A DNA stretch of 32,000 nt from Cylindrospermopsis raciborskii Cr2010 (GCF_003367075.2 NZ_CP065936.1:390001-422000); one strand, 5' to 3'; counted from the stretch's first letter, positions 17,465 to 27,072 are shown. Notes: a model not told the origin generated them from the sequence alone. Made by a program: numbers and translations.

Positions 17465-18679
17465 ATGAAAGCTAACCCCGTTAATCTGCCAAATTTTAGA
17501 CCCGCTCTTGATGGTGACTCTCAAGACTCACCACTTGCTAGTTCCAAAACCTTAGTACAGCTCCTATCTGAGGAAATCGAGTCTCAAGTTAAGGCTTCCT
17601 CTGGATGTATACAAGCTGTTGTAAATCGCATAACTAAGGAAGTAGAAAGAATTTGTGATAAAAGTTCCCGTATTCAAACTTCTGGACAAGTTAAGTCTTG
17701 GCAGGCTACTTTAGCTAAACATCGCTTACAAAAATGCCTACGTTATTATCAATTGGGTTCAAGACAAGGAAGAGTAGAGTTACATAGTAGTTTAGGTGCA
17801 ATTGTATATCGTCACGTCACTACAGCTGGATCTGAACTAGGTTTTGAAGCCCGTTATAATCTAATTGAAGATTTTTTACAAGCATTTTATATTGAGGCCA
17901 TTAAAGCCTTTCGTCGGGAAAACGAATTAGCAGAAGATTATACACCACGCACTCAACTGGAATTAGCTGAGTATATGGCATTTACAGAGCAGTATGCTAA
18001 ACGTCGAATTAATTTGCCCGGTGGAGCTAATCAACAGTTAATTGTGCTGCGAGCCCAGGGTTTTGCTCGTCGTCAACCCCAGGAAACAACGGTTGATATT
18101 GAAATGGCTGTGGATTCAGCTAAAACAGAAGAAGCGGAATCTTATCAGCGTAATTTGGCAGTTCAGCAAATTCGCTCCCAAATGGTTGCTAAGCCCACCT
18201 TTGACCCCTCTGAAGAGTCAGAACGAGACCGGGTAATTACTGAGTTGATGAAGTATCTTCAATCTCAGGGTCAAGCGGACTGTATGAATTATTTGTCTTT
18301 GAAACTTCAGGATCTATCCGCACCAGAAATCGATCAAATTTTGGGACTAACCAGTCGTCAGCGCGATTATTTACAACAAAGATTTAAATACCACGTTGAA
18401 AAGTTCGCTAAACAACATCATTGGCAATTGGTACATCAATGGTTGGGAGCTGGACTAGAACATAAGCTGGGTTTATCCTCTCAACAATGGGATCTTTTCT
18501 GGAATCAATTGACTGAACAACAACAACAAATCTTTCAACTTAAAACCACTATGGAAAATGATCAGGCGATCGCCAAGGCTGTGCAATGTACTCCTAAGCA
18601 GTTACAAAAGCGATGGACTCAAATGTTGGAATTGGCCTGGGCTATACGTAATGGAAATATGGAAGTTAAGACTTGTTGA
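17465..18679 (+). CDS. HetZ-related protein (two C-terminal sigma-70 region-4-like HTH segments)
   Basis: The track ORF starts at 17381. The ATG at 17465 (MKANPVNLPNF) is the more plausible start. The central block LGSRQGRVELHSSLGAIVYRHV and the two HTH-like segments (LSAPEIDQILGLTSRQRDYLQQRF and NDQAIAKAVQCTPKQLQKRW) fit my memory of the cyanobacterial HetZ / HetZ-related family. The assignment was not searched. Confidence 0.55.
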   Translation: MKANPVNLPNFRPALDGDSQDSPLASSKTLVQLLSEEIESQVKASSGCIQAVVNRITKEVERICDKSSRIQTSGQVKSWQATLAKHRLQKCLRYYQLGSRQGRVELHSSLGAIVYRHVTTAGSELGFEARYNLIEDFLQAFYIEAIKAFRRENELAEDYTPRTQLELAEYMAFTEQYAKRRINLPGGANQQLIVLRAQGFARRQPQETTVDIEMAVDSAKTEEAESYQRNLAVQQIRSQMVAKPTFDPSEESERDRVITELMKYLQSQGQADCMNYLSLKLQDLSAPEIDQILGLTSRQRDYLQQRFKYHVEKFAKQHHWQLVHQWLGAGLEHKLGLSSQQWDLFWNQLTEQQQQIFQLKTTMENDQAIAKAVQCTPKQLQKRWTQMLELAWAIRNGNMEVKTC

Positions 18680-18799
18680 ACCGTTGAAACCCCTAAACCG
18701 AGATTGACCATGGGCAAAATTTGAAAGTGTATTAGTTTCCCTATTGCCCATTTTCTGCTAAACTACTTAATAATAAAAAAGTGTATATTCAAAACTCAA

Positions 18800-19006
18800 A
18801 TGTTTGACGGATTCTGGAATAACGTATTTCGCTACCCCCGCTACCTGGTGACTATAGTCTTAGGTCTGCTAGTTAATACATTTGACCCTCTAATTCCACT
18901 TTTAAAACGTCCAGGTACACTACTGGCGATTATAGGTCTGTTTGTGGGAGGGTTCTTCTTCCTCACCCTAACTCTCCGAGCTATGTTGGGACTGAGTGCA
19001 ATCTAA
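18800..19006 (+). CDS. Small membrane protein, DUF751 / Ycf33-like
   Basis: 68 aa with an ATG start and two hydrophobic helices (YLVTIVLGLLVNTF, LLAIIGLFVGGFFFLTLTL). The N-terminal FWNNVFRYPRY is typical of this family as I recall it. Confidence 0.6.
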   Translation: MFDGFWNNVFRYPRYLVTIVLGLLVNTFDPLIPLLKRPGTLLAIIGLFVGGFFFLTLTLRAMLGLSAI

Positions 19007-19072
19007 AAGGATTATTCCTAATAAGATAAACTATCTATTGTTAAATCTCTATCAAAAGGCGGAATTTATAAT

Positions 19073-19447
19073 ATGGCTACAAATCGCCGTGTTTCCCGTG
19101 TTGCGGAATTAATTAAACGGGAGGTCAGCCAAATGTTAATCCACGGTATTAAGGATGACCGGGTGGGTGTGGGTATGGTAAGCGTCACTGATGTCGATGT
19201 TTCAGGAGATTTACAACACGCCAAAATATTTGTCAGCATTTATGGAACAGAAGAAGCAAAAGCCGAAACTATGGCGGGGTTAAAATCCGCTACCGGTTAT
19301 GTTCGTAGTGAGTTGGGCGCTAGGGTTAGATTGCGTCGCACTCCAGAAGTGATTTTTGTGGAAGACCATTCCTTAGAAAGGGGAACTAAAGTGTTAAATT
19401 TATTAAACCAACTTCAACAAAAACGCGAAGACTCCCACCAAGATTGA
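19073..19447 (+). CDS. rbfA: Ribosome-binding factor A (30S maturation)
   Basis: 124 aa. It has [37 protein letters not shown] and [12 protein letters not shown]. Confidence 0.92.
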   Translation: MATNRRVSRVAELIKREVSQMLIHGIKDDRVGVGMVSVTDVDVSGDLQHAKIFVSIYGTEEAKAETMAGLKSATGYVRSELGARVRLRRTPEVIFVEDHSLERGTKVLNLLNQLQQKREDSHQD

Positions 19448-19602
19448 TCTACCACCAAAATACTAGATCAGATTGTAACTCTAGACATATTCATACTTCA
19501 CTCAAATATGTTAATACTGTCTATATGGTACTTTCTGTCATGTTTGTGCCTGCTTTTCGGTTTGACTATTACTAGTACATTTAGTTTTGATGTTATATTT
19601 CC

Positions 19603-19631
19603 TTGACAAACTTCACATTTCTTTAGATAAT
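19603..19631 (+). promoter_or_regulatory. Sigma-70-type promoter candidate (TTGACA-N17-GATAAT)
   Basis: A consensus -35 TTGACA lies at 19603-19608. An exactly 17-nt spacer separates it from GATAAT at 19626-19631. The site is about 135 nt upstream of the ATG at 19769. This is a sequence match only. Confidence 0.3.
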
Positions 19632-19768
19632 TTATAGGTCTGTAGCGTCAAAATAATAATAGTTCCGTATAGCAAACTACAAAACCTAGCCACAGGTCTA
19701 AATTATCACCACGTCTTCTCAATGAAAATTGGGAATACTATCTAAACGTAAATTTGTGAGTAAAAGCA

Positions 19769-20005
19769 ATGAGTGTAAGTACGGTGCCTTCTATCAATTA
19801 TTACTCTCTAGACGTAATCCAGTACGAAGCAAGCCAACTTGTGCGTAAGGGAATCGTCAGTCGGCAACAGCCGATATACACACTCTGCCAGTACATCCCC
19901 GCTCGGGAATGGGTCTTTGTGGAATATGAATTAGAGAAATGTGACTTTTTGTTGCGCGATCGCATTGGGGATTTGATTGGTCGAGAACAATGGGAAAATG
20001 ACTAA
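19769..20005 (+). CDS. Small conserved cyanobacterial protein (possibly DUF4327)
   Basis: 78 aa with an ATG start. The composition looks protein-like (YSLDVIQYEASQLVRKGIVSRQQPIYTLCQYIPAREW). The family name is from memory only. Confidence 0.5.
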   Translation: MSVSTVPSINYYSLDVIQYEASQLVRKGIVSRQQPIYTLCQYIPAREWVFVEYELEKCDFLLRDRIGDLIGREQWEND

Positions 20006-20123
20006 TCAGGACTGCAGTAATTAAGGAGGATCCCGAAGATCCCCAAGTTTCCTAAGTAGTAGTTAAGTAACTTATTTAATCTATGCTTGTCTAAAGTTAC
20101 TGACTTTGGCAAGTATATTTTTC

Positions 20124-20483
20124 TCAGGAGGTTGGTTCCGTTTGTTGGAGGTACTGATTAACATCGTCAACTAAGCGGGTGAGATCTGCTTCTGTAGTTA
20201 AGCGAACGCCTAAATTGCGTACAGTGAGTAGAACTTTAGCTGCGAAGGGAGTGGGCCAGATATTGGGGTTACAGAACACCTCAAAGAAAACATCACCTGT
20301 ATGGCGATATTCCAAAGCGGGTTCAGGTGTGATTTTTACCCCGGGGTTAGATTTAACAGTAACAGCTTTCAGACTTAGCATTAATTTATCCATGGCAGTT
20401 TTTAGTTCTATAGCAGCGTGGTGGGAAAAAGTGAAAGAAATAGAGCCATGGTCAAGATTGAGAGTGAGTAATGGGGAAGACAT
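20124..20483 (-). CDS. Hypothetical protein
   Basis: 119-aa ORF with an ATG start and balanced composition. The overlapping plus-strand ORF 20179..20526 is Arg/Ser/Lys-biased and looks spurious. Confidence 0.5.
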   Translation of the reverse strand: MSSPLLTLNLDHGSISFTFSHHAAIELKTAMDKLMLSLKAVTVKSNPGVKITPEPALEYRHTGDVFFEVFCNPNIWPTPFAAKVLLTVRNLGVRLTTEADLTRLVDDVNQYLQQTEPTS

Positions 20484-20544
20484 AATGGTATGGGGTAAAA
20501 ATTTTCTAAAACTTTGGCAACCATAATAACTATAATGATAGGTT

Positions 20545-20653
20545 AAGGGGGTGAGTGGAATTAAATATAAGATGAACGTAGGTTGGGTTGAAGTATGAAA
20601 CCCAACACCCGCATGGGTTAACCCATCCTACAAATAATTGTGCTTCCCTACTT
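20545..20653. repeat. MITE-like repeat, copy 3 (full length)
   Basis: AAGGGGGTGAGTGGAATTAAATATAAGATGAACGTAGGTTGGGTTGAAGTATGAAACCCAACACCCGCATGGGTTAACCCATCCTACAAATAATTGTGCTTCCCTACTT. It is near-identical to copy 2. Confidence 0.8.
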
Positions 20654-20699
20654 ACCTAATTGCTCCATAATTAGGAATAGCAATGGTAAATATTCGATT

Positions 20700-21596
20700 A
20701 TGAATTACAACTACCTAAGGGAAGTAAGGAAAGTACTAATTATTACCCTTTTACTTAACTTGTTTGTGATGGCATTAAAAGTTGTAGTAGGATATGCTAC
20801 TGGTTCCTTGAGCTTATTAGCGGACGCTTTACACAGTGTTACAGATAGTGCTAACAACGTGTTAGGACTAGTAGCTAATAAATTTTCTTCTCCCTTACCA
20901 GATCGAGAACATCCCTATGGACATCACAAATTTGAAGCAGTGGGGGCGTTAGGAATAGCAGCATTTTTAGGGATAGCTTGTTTTGAAATTCTTCAAGGAG
21001 CGATAGAGAAAATTATTCGAGGTGGTTCACCCGTGAGAATATCTGGTCCTGAACTGTGGTTATTACTAATTGTATTGGGCGTAAATATCTTCGTCGCATT
21101 TTATGAGCGTAACGTAGGGACAAGAATAGGCAGTTCCATTTTAGTTGCTGATGCTAAACACACCATGAGTGATGTGTGGGTAACCATTTCCGTGTTAGGG
21201 GGACTAATAGGGATTTGGTGGTTCAACTTTCAATGGTTGGATGTGGTATTGGCCTTTCCCGTAGCTTTGCTAGTCTTTTGGAGTGGATGGTCCGTTTTAA
21301 AAGAAAATTTGCCCTGGTTAGTGGATCAAATGGCGATCGCTCCAGAAGCAATACATGGGATTGCCACTTCCGTACCTGGTGTAATTAACTGCCATGATAT
21401 TGCTTCTCGTGGGGTAATAGGTAGACAGGTATTCATAGAAATGCATCTAGTAGTAGATACACCGGAAGTAGAAACTGCCCATCAAATCACAGAGGAAGTA
21501 GAAAACAAACTACAGGAGAGATATAGTCCTGTGAGGATTATAATTCATATAGAACCACCAGCATACCAATCGGAGAACATTAGCTTTGGTAATTAG
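20700..21596 (+). CDS. Cation diffusion facilitator (CDF) family metal efflux transporter
   Basis: It has the CDF motifs LLADALHSVTDSANN and ADAKHTMSDVWVTISV, six hydrophobic helices and a C-terminal cytoplasmic domain. The track start at 20640 (GTG) lies inside the MITE copy. The ATG at 20700 (MNYNYLREVRK) is preferred. Confidence 0.88.
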   Translation: MNYNYLREVRKVLIITLLLNLFVMALKVVVGYATGSLSLLADALHSVTDSANNVLGLVANKFSSPLPDREHPYGHHKFEAVGALGIAAFLGIACFEILQGAIEKIIRGGSPVRISGPELWLLLIVLGVNIFVAFYERNVGTRIGSSILVADAKHTMSDVWVTISVLGGLIGIWWFNFQWLDVVLAFPVALLVFWSGWSVLKENLPWLVDQMAIAPEAIHGIATSVPGVINCHDIASRGVIGRQVFIEMHLVVDTPEVETAHQITEEVENKLQERYSPVRIIIHIEPPAYQSENISFGN

Positions 21597-21625
21597 GATT
21601 AGCACCCGAATTTGCTTTCATATAC

Positions 21626-23248
21626 CTATTCCCATTCTATAGTGCCCGGTGGTTTAGAAGTAATATCATAGACCACTCGATTGACCCCTTTAACCTCATT
21701 GACAATTCTATTAGAAATGGCTTCTAGCACATCATAAGGTACTCGTGCCCAATCTGCTGTCATGCCATCTTCACTAGTCACTATTCGTAAGACCACAGGA
21801 TAGGCATAGGTGCGCTGATCACCCATAACCCCCACACTACGAATAGGTAGTAAAACAGCAAATGCTTGCCAATACTGATTATATAAATTCCTTTGGTTGA
21901 TTTCTTGGCGAACAATTAAATCAGCATCACGTAGAATATTTAACCTTTCTGCTGTCACCTCCCCCAAAATGCGAATAGCTAAACCCGGTCCAGGAAAAGG
22001 TTGTCTTTGAACTATCTCCTCTGGTAGACCAAGGGAACGACCCACCTTACGCACTTCATCTTTAAATAGTTTTCGCAGGGGTTCCACCAGTTTAAATCTC
22101 AAGTCCTTAGGTAGTCCACCCACATTGTGATGACTCTTGATTTTCACTGCTACCCTCTCCCCAGTTTTAGGATCTACATTAGTGCCAGCAGATTCAATTA
22201 CATCTGGATATAGTGTACCCTGTGCTAAATAGTCAAAGTGACCCAATCTTTTGGATGTTTCTTCAAACACCCTAATAAACTCGTGACCAATACGACGGCG
22301 TTTTTCTTCCGGATCTGTCACACCAGCAATAGCATTTATAAAGCGATCGCGTGCGTTAACGTACTCTACGGGAATATGAAATTGCTCCTGGAACAATTTT
22401 AATAATCTTTCTGGCTCTAATTTTCGCATAAAACCCTGATCAATAAACACGCAGGTCAATTGATCTCCAATAGCTTTATGGAGCAAAAATGCCAGGGTAG
22501 AAGAATCCACGCCTCCAGAGAGCGCTAACAGCACTCTTCTATCGGAGACTTTAGCACGAATCTCCTGAATAGCATTTTCCACAAAAGCTGCTGTTGTCCA
22601 ACTGGGTTCGCAGTCACAAATATGGTAAACAAAGTTGCGAATTAGTGCCAGTCCTCCCTGGGAATGAACTACTTCAGGATGAAACTGCACACCATACAGT
22701 TTGCGCTCATGATTCGCAATAGCTGCACAAGAAGTATTTTCTGTATGTGCTAGCAGTTCAAAACCAGGAGGCATGGTTGTAACTGAGTCCCCATGACTCA
22801 TCCACATAATCACACCATTTTCCACATTAGTAAGCAAGTGTGTGGGTTCATCTATAAGTAATGATGCTTTACCATATTCCCCACGATCAGCTTGGGTTAC
22901 CTTTCCCCCCAGTTCATTCACCATCAGCTGCATTCCATAACATACACCCAATATGGGAATACCCAATTCCCATATTTCTGGGTCACATTGAGGTGCATAA
23001 TCGCTATAAACTGACCTAGGACCACCAGATAAAATTATCCCCTTGGGGTTCATTTTCCTTATCTCTTCCGGTGTGATGCGATAGGAAAGCACCTCGGAAT
23101 ATACTTGTGTCTCCCTTATGCGTCGAGCAATCAGTTCCGAATATTGGGAACCAAAGTCTAAAATCACTATCATTTGGCGATCGCCATCTGGGAGATTTTC
23201 CTCACTTTGGCATGTTATATCTATTGGTAGACCTACCGCTGTATTCAT
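21626..23248 (-). CDS. guaA: Glutamine-hydrolysing GMP synthase
   Basis: 540 aa. It has the GATase Cys in GVCYGMQL, the ATP-pyrophosphatase P-loop SGGVDSS, and the C-terminus KPPGTIEWE. Confidence 0.95.
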   Translation of the reverse strand: MNTAVGLPIDITCQSEENLPDGDRQMIVILDFGSQYSELIARRIRETQVYSEVLSYRITPEEIRKMNPKGIILSGGPRSVYSDYAPQCDPEIWELGIPILGVCYGMQLMVNELGGKVTQADRGEYGKASLLIDEPTHLLTNVENGVIMWMSHGDSVTTMPPGFELLAHTENTSCAAIANHERKLYGVQFHPEVVHSQGGLALIRNFVYHICDCEPSWTTAAFVENAIQEIRAKVSDRRVLLALSGGVDSSTLAFLLHKAIGDQLTCVFIDQGFMRKLEPERLLKLFQEQFHIPVEYVNARDRFINAIAGVTDPEEKRRRIGHEFIRVFEETSKRLGHFDYLAQGTLYPDVIESAGTNVDPKTGERVAVKIKSHHNVGGLPKDLRFKLVEPLRKLFKDEVRKVGRSLGLPEEIVQRQPFPGPGLAIRILGEVTAERLNILRDADLIVRQEINQRNLYNQYWQAFAVLLPIRSVGVMGDQRTYAYPVVLRIVTSEDGMTADWARVPYDVLEAISNRIVNEVKGVNRVVYDITSKPPGTIEWE

Positions 23249-23336
23249 GATGGTGGGAGTGTGTCTTTGAACATAATTGAGTTACTATGTAGTTGTTAAC
23301 AACTACGAGCGGTTTGATTTTGACAGTCCATTTAGG

Positions 23337-24446
23337 TTAGCACAATTTCTCCATTAGCACACAACCTGTTTGACTTTTAATAATAACTTCTCTATTTCGG
23401 TCAAAAAGCACAGAACCACAAACTGTTGTTTTCACACTCTGGTCACTATGGCTTTTTATATACTCTTGGGAACGATTGTCAATAGTTTGGGCAATACTGA
23501 AATAAATTTGGTTAGTCCAGTTACTACCACTTATAGTATCCAGAAAGCGCAGATGTTGCAGGGCATCCTCCGCCCTGGGACTATGAAATATTATTTGTAT
23601 ATCTTCATACTTTAACCCCAGGATAGCACTATGGGCGACTATAATTTCTCTCCTTCCATCTGCTAAATGATGATGAGTATGAAATATTCCCCCTGCTAGT
23701 TTCATTAATTTTCCGTGATAGCCAAATAATAATATTTCTTCAACCCCCAAAAGATGGGCCTCAACTAATAGAGGACCAATCCAATTAGCAGTTTTTACCA
23801 TGCGTTGCGGATTTATTCCCAATTTTCTCCCCAGGTCTAAACCATTTTCGCCAATACAAAAAACTAAGCTATTAAATTCCTTTGCCTTCGTCCTTAAATC
23901 GTCCCGAAAAACCTCAAGCTGTTCTGGTGTACTTAATGGTTGAGATATACCGCTTGTTCCTAATAAAGAAAGTCCTTCCACCACTCCAAAAGCAGGGTTG
24001 GAGGTTCTGGTAGCTAGGGAGCGCCCCTCGGGTAAAATCACCGTCACTAGGATTTTTTCCCCCGGAAATAGTAGTTTCTCTAGGTTTTTCCGCAACAATT
24101 GCTGGGCGTATGTATAAATAGCAGCCATCCCCTGTAAATCCTTACCAATCCCTTCTCCACCCCTGATAACAATCGTTTCCCCCTCTCCATCATACCATTC
24201 TACTTTTGTCCAAATTGGTGTATCTTTAGTTAGATCTAAGTTATCCCCCGGATCACTTCGAGTAATAGCTAAAGCACCACTCTCGGAAATTCCAGCTACC
24301 TGTTCAATGGGAATTTCCACTATTTGATCCGGTGAAATTAGATCAACACCCGCTGTATTTAATATACGGCAATGGCGCAACCAATATAACGCCGCTATTG
24401 CACCACCACAGGCAAAAACTGGTAGGGTATAACCGGAACGAAACAT
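23337..24446 (-). CDS. cbiD: Cobalt-precorrin-5B (C1)-methyltransferase
   Basis: 369 aa. It has the N-terminal RSGYTLPVFACGGAIAA and later GTSGISQP and GYHGKLMKLAGGIFHTHH, which are characteristic of CbiD. Confidence 0.88.
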   Translation of the reverse strand: MFRSGYTLPVFACGGAIAALYWLRHCRILNTAGVDLISPDQIVEIPIEQVAGISESGALAITRSDPGDNLDLTKDTPIWTKVEWYDGEGETIVIRGGEGIGKDLQGMAAIYTYAQQLLRKNLEKLLFPGEKILVTVILPEGRSLATRTSNPAFGVVEGLSLLGTSGISQPLSTPEQLEVFRDDLRTKAKEFNSLVFCIGENGLDLGRKLGINPQRMVKTANWIGPLLVEAHLLGVEEILLFGYHGKLMKLAGGIFHTHHHLADGRREIIVAHSAILGLKYEDIQIIFHSPRAEDALQHLRFLDTISGSNWTNQIYFSIAQTIDNRSQEYIKSHSDQSVKTTVCGSVLFDRNREVIIKSQTGCVLMEKLC

Positions 24447-24508
24447 AAAAAATTTTGTATGTGATAAATTTTGTGTTTTTGTATTTAATTATATAGGTGT
24501 TGAATCTT

Positions 24509-24820
24509 TCAACTTTCCAGAAAAATACCCACCTCTGATAATAAAACTGCCATGGTCTCCCAAGAAATACCCTGTTGAATATAACGGGGTGATTCGGGAT
24601 TATAAGGACTAGCTATTCGGTCAATGGTGACAATTATGGCACCTTCCGGTAGTACCGCCACATCAGGGTCAAAAGCGGTGGGGCGCATCAAGGAGCTGGA
24701 AAATCCTTTAAAAACTGCTATTTTGTCCTCCTCCCCATCAATATTGATGGTGACTACTAGCACTTCCTGAGACCTTTTGCTCGTGTATTCTTCTAAGCAC
24801 TTAGCAATGGAATTACTCAT
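24509..24820 (-). CDS. Hypothetical conserved small protein
   Basis: The track ORF starts with a GTG at 24823. The adjacent ATG at 24820 is preferred. The composition looks protein-like. I recognised no family with confidence. Confidence 0.5.
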   Translation of the reverse strand: MSNSIAKCLEEYTSKRSQEVLVVTINIDGEEDKIAVFKGFSSSLMRPTAFDPDVAVLPEGAIIVTIDRIASPYNPESPRYIQQGISWETMAVLLSEVGIFLES

Positions 24821-24849
24821 CACAGTTTATAAACACTTTTATGAAAACT

Positions 24850-25449
24850 TTAATGTACTGCTGTTCTACCATACTTGCCAAATTTAACCAAGACAAAATA
24901 GGTAAGATAGATTATGTAAATTGTTAAGCCAACAATACCTAAAAAGCCAAGAAATGCAGGTGTGCTGTTATGATGGAAATAGTCCTTAAACATTAGGGGT
25001 GCTTCGGTCCAAACCTTACAGTAGGCTGAATTCCTAGAATCACCTGAAAAAGCACAGCCCAGAAAGGGCACGGTGCCAATTACCCCTAAAATTCCATAAA
25101 CGGTTATTGCCCAACGCCAAGAGGTAAAAACCAGTTTTAAAGGTCCTGGGGACTGATACTCAACTTCATCATTCAAATCAACCCAGAACCAGATGGAAAG
25201 GGGAATGAGGATCCGAGCTATTAGACCAGATATAAAACTGACTGCAAATCCGCCAATCATCAGGTATACAGTTATAGCCGCAAGACTGGCTACACGCCAG
25301 TAAATAGCCAATAACCTTTGTATACAGTCTGAGCTTTGCACAAATGCCCAAATTGTCAAAACTATGGGGATAATTAAATTAAATAGCAACGCCAATCTGT
25401 AATCTGTCCACACATAAGGGCGAAACCAAACTTCTTCCAGGTTTGTCAT
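24850..25449 (-). CDS. Integral membrane protein (possibly DUF3177 family)
   Basis: 199 aa with an ATG start and five or six hydrophobic helices. The family name is from memory only. Confidence 0.6.
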   Translation of the reverse strand: MTNLEEVWFRPYVWTDYRLALLFNLIIPIVLTIWAFVQSSDCIQRLLAIYWRVASLAAITVYLMIGGFAVSFISGLIARILIPLSIWFWVDLNDEVEYQSPGPLKLVFTSWRWAITVYGILGVIGTVPFLGCAFSGDSRNSAYCKVWTEAPLMFKDYFHHNSTPAFLGFLGIVGLTIYIIYLTYFVLVKFGKYGRTAVH

Positions 25450-25620
25450 CTCTTGATTAGTCTTGTATTAGTCAATTTGAAGTTGTTTTGGTAATGGGAG
25501 ACAGGTACCAAAGATTAACACTTTTGACCACCTTTGTCTCCCTATGCTTGACACCGGATGACCACATTTGAACTTCAGTCAAGAATCGGTGCAGCCATCT
25601 GAACATGGACTCCTGAATCT

Positions 25621-25863
25621 CTAATTGTCATTAATGCGACATTCATCTGCATCCGGATTAGCTTCACAATATGCTTCTAAGGAGTTCTTAGGTTTTTCTT
25701 GTTTCTGGTGAGAAGCAGCAGCTTGCAGTTCTTCTACCGCATCCCATGCAGCAGCACAAGCTGCAGAGTTGCCACCGGAAATATCACAAACTGCACGAGC
25801 TTGTTGGCGTTCTTCTTCGATTTTATCTTCTATGGAGGTTGCTGTTTCTTGAGTGTTTGTCAT
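25621..25863 (-). CDS. cp12: CP12 (Calvin-cycle GAPDH/PRK regulatory protein)
   Basis: 80 aa. It has the core AWDAVEEL motif, an N-terminal Cys pair (CDISGGNSAAC) and a C-terminal Cys pair (YCEANPDADEC). Confidence 0.85.
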   Translation of the reverse strand: MTNTQETATSIEDKIEEERQQARAVCDISGGNSAACAAAWDAVEELQAAASHQKQEKPKNSLEAYCEANPDADECRINDN

Positions 25864-26048
25864 GAGCTTAGTCTCTTTGATTAACGTTTATATCAGTCTA
25901 GAAAAGTTCAAAATTGCCGTTTTGGTTTTATAGTTCACATACTATTCTAACCTCTAGGTTGTTAAGTTAGACTAGAATCCGGAATTATTAATTACTAATA
26001 GAGCAACTTACCATATATAGACCGGATCCGTCTCAATGTTTTAAGATT

Positions 26049-26930
26049 TTAGAATCTCTTTTGCATTCGCGGATGGATCAGTTCATTTAATCCCTCACCC
26101 AGTAGTGATAAACCTACCACCATAATAGTCATAGCCAAACCAGGAAAAAGGGTAGTCCACCAAATACCCGTGGGTAAAGCCTCTAAAGCTTGTCGTAAAT
26201 CGTATCCCCACTCTGGTACCTCTTCTGGTAGTCCCAAACCCAAAAAGCCCAAACCACCCAAAACTAATATGGCATCTGCTGCATTCAGGGTAAATAACAC
26301 AGGAACACTCTGAATTACATTTAAAAATAAATATCGAGATAACACAGTCCAAGTAGAAGCACCCATGGCTTGGGCAGCTTCGATATATACTTCCGTTTTC
26401 ACACTCACCGTATGATTACGGACAACTCGATAATATTGGGGGATGTAGGCTATGCTAATGGCGATCGCCGCATTTAAGATTCCCCTACCCACCACAAATG
26501 CCAGGGTAACAGAAAGTAGAAGTCCGGGTAGGGTGTAGATACTGTCCATGAGAAATAGCAGGGTTTTATCTAATTTGCCACCTAGATAACCACTGACCAT
26601 TCCCAGGGGTACGCCCACCACCATACTCAACCCTGTAGCTAATATGACCACCTGTAATGCTGCTTGAGCACCAAAAATGGTACGGGAGAAAACATCATAA
26701 CCCAAGCGACTAGTGCCAAACCAATATTTTCCCGAGGGGGGTTGATGAATGGGATTGGTCAGAAGTTCTTTAGGGTCAGATAACCACCCCCAATTTTGCC
26801 AAACCGGTGCCATAAAAGCCAGCAAGACGAAAAATAGGGTAATTATCAACCCCAGGAGCATGAGTTTGCCAGAGAGATTAGATTGAGCAAAGTTTAAAAA
26901 AGAGGGTATTCTTCGTTTTTTGATCTGCAT
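26049..26930 (-). CDS. ABC transporter permease, DppC/OppC-type (peptide/nickel family)
   Basis: 293 aa with six hydrophobic helices. It has an EAA-loop-like segment, IEAAQAMGASTWTVLSRYLFLNV. Confidence 0.88.
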   Translation of the reverse strand: MQIKKRRIPSFLNFAQSNLSGKLMLLGLIITLFFVLLAFMAPVWQNWGWLSDPKELLTNPIHQPPSGKYWFGTSRLGYDVFSRTIFGAQAALQVVILATGLSMVVGVPLGMVSGYLGGKLDKTLLFLMDSIYTLPGLLLSVTLAFVVGRGILNAAIAISIAYIPQYYRVVRNHTVSVKTEVYIEAAQAMGASTWTVLSRYLFLNVIQSVPVLFTLNAADAILVLGGLGFLGLGLPEEVPEWGYDLRQALEALPTGIWWTTLFPGLAMTIMVVGLSLLGEGLNELIHPRMQKRF

Positions 26931-26986
26931 AATGCAAATTGGGGAAATGGCTCAATTGATTTTAACTCACAACCAATCCAACCATT

Positions 26987-27072
26987 AAGTGGGTGAGTAG
27001 AATTAAACATTAAGATGAACGTAGGTTGGGTTGAGGATACGAAACCCAACACCCCCACAGGTTACCCTACAA
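26987..27072. repeat. MITE-like repeat, copy 4 (subfamily B)
   Basis: AAGTGGGTGAGTAGAATTAAACATTAAGATGAACGTAGGTTGGGTTGAGGATACGAAACCCAACACCCCCACAGGTTACCCTACAAATTA. It shares the left arm and hairpin with copies 2 and 3. Its right end is diverged and shorter. Confidence 0.75.

Noticed and set aside
18042-18236. Plus-strand 64-aa ORF inside the HetZ-related gene
   Set aside because: It is an alternative frame of the longer ORF.
6110-19447. Apparent clustering of tRNA and ribosome maturation genes (trmB, tsaB, cca, YrdC-type gene, rbfA)
   Set aside because: The genes are on both strands, are interleaved with unrelated metabolism genes and have no operon structure. The clustering is most simply a coincidence in a housekeeping region.
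20179-20526. Plus-strand 115-aa ORF
   Set aside because: It is antisense to ORF 20124..20483 and Arg/Ser/Lys-biased. The choice between the two strands is not certain, but the minus-strand product has the more protein-like composition and a clean ATG start.
20640-20699. Upstream extension of the CDF transporter ORF
   Set aside because: It starts at a GTG inside MITE copy 3 and encodes non-conserved residues. The ATG at 20700 precedes the first transmembrane segment at the usual distance.
25497-25543. Hairpin GGGAGACAGG...CCTTTGTCTCCC downstream of cp12
   Set aside because: The stem is imperfect, the loop is about 25 nt, and no U-tract follows on the minus strand. There is not enough evidence to call a terminator.
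21176-26352. ORFs 21176..21388 (+), 23370..23615 (+), 25699..25884 (+) and 26095..26352 (-)
   Set aside because: Each is an alternative-frame or antisense shadow of a well-supported CDS (CDF transporter, cbiD, cp12 and ABC permease respectively).
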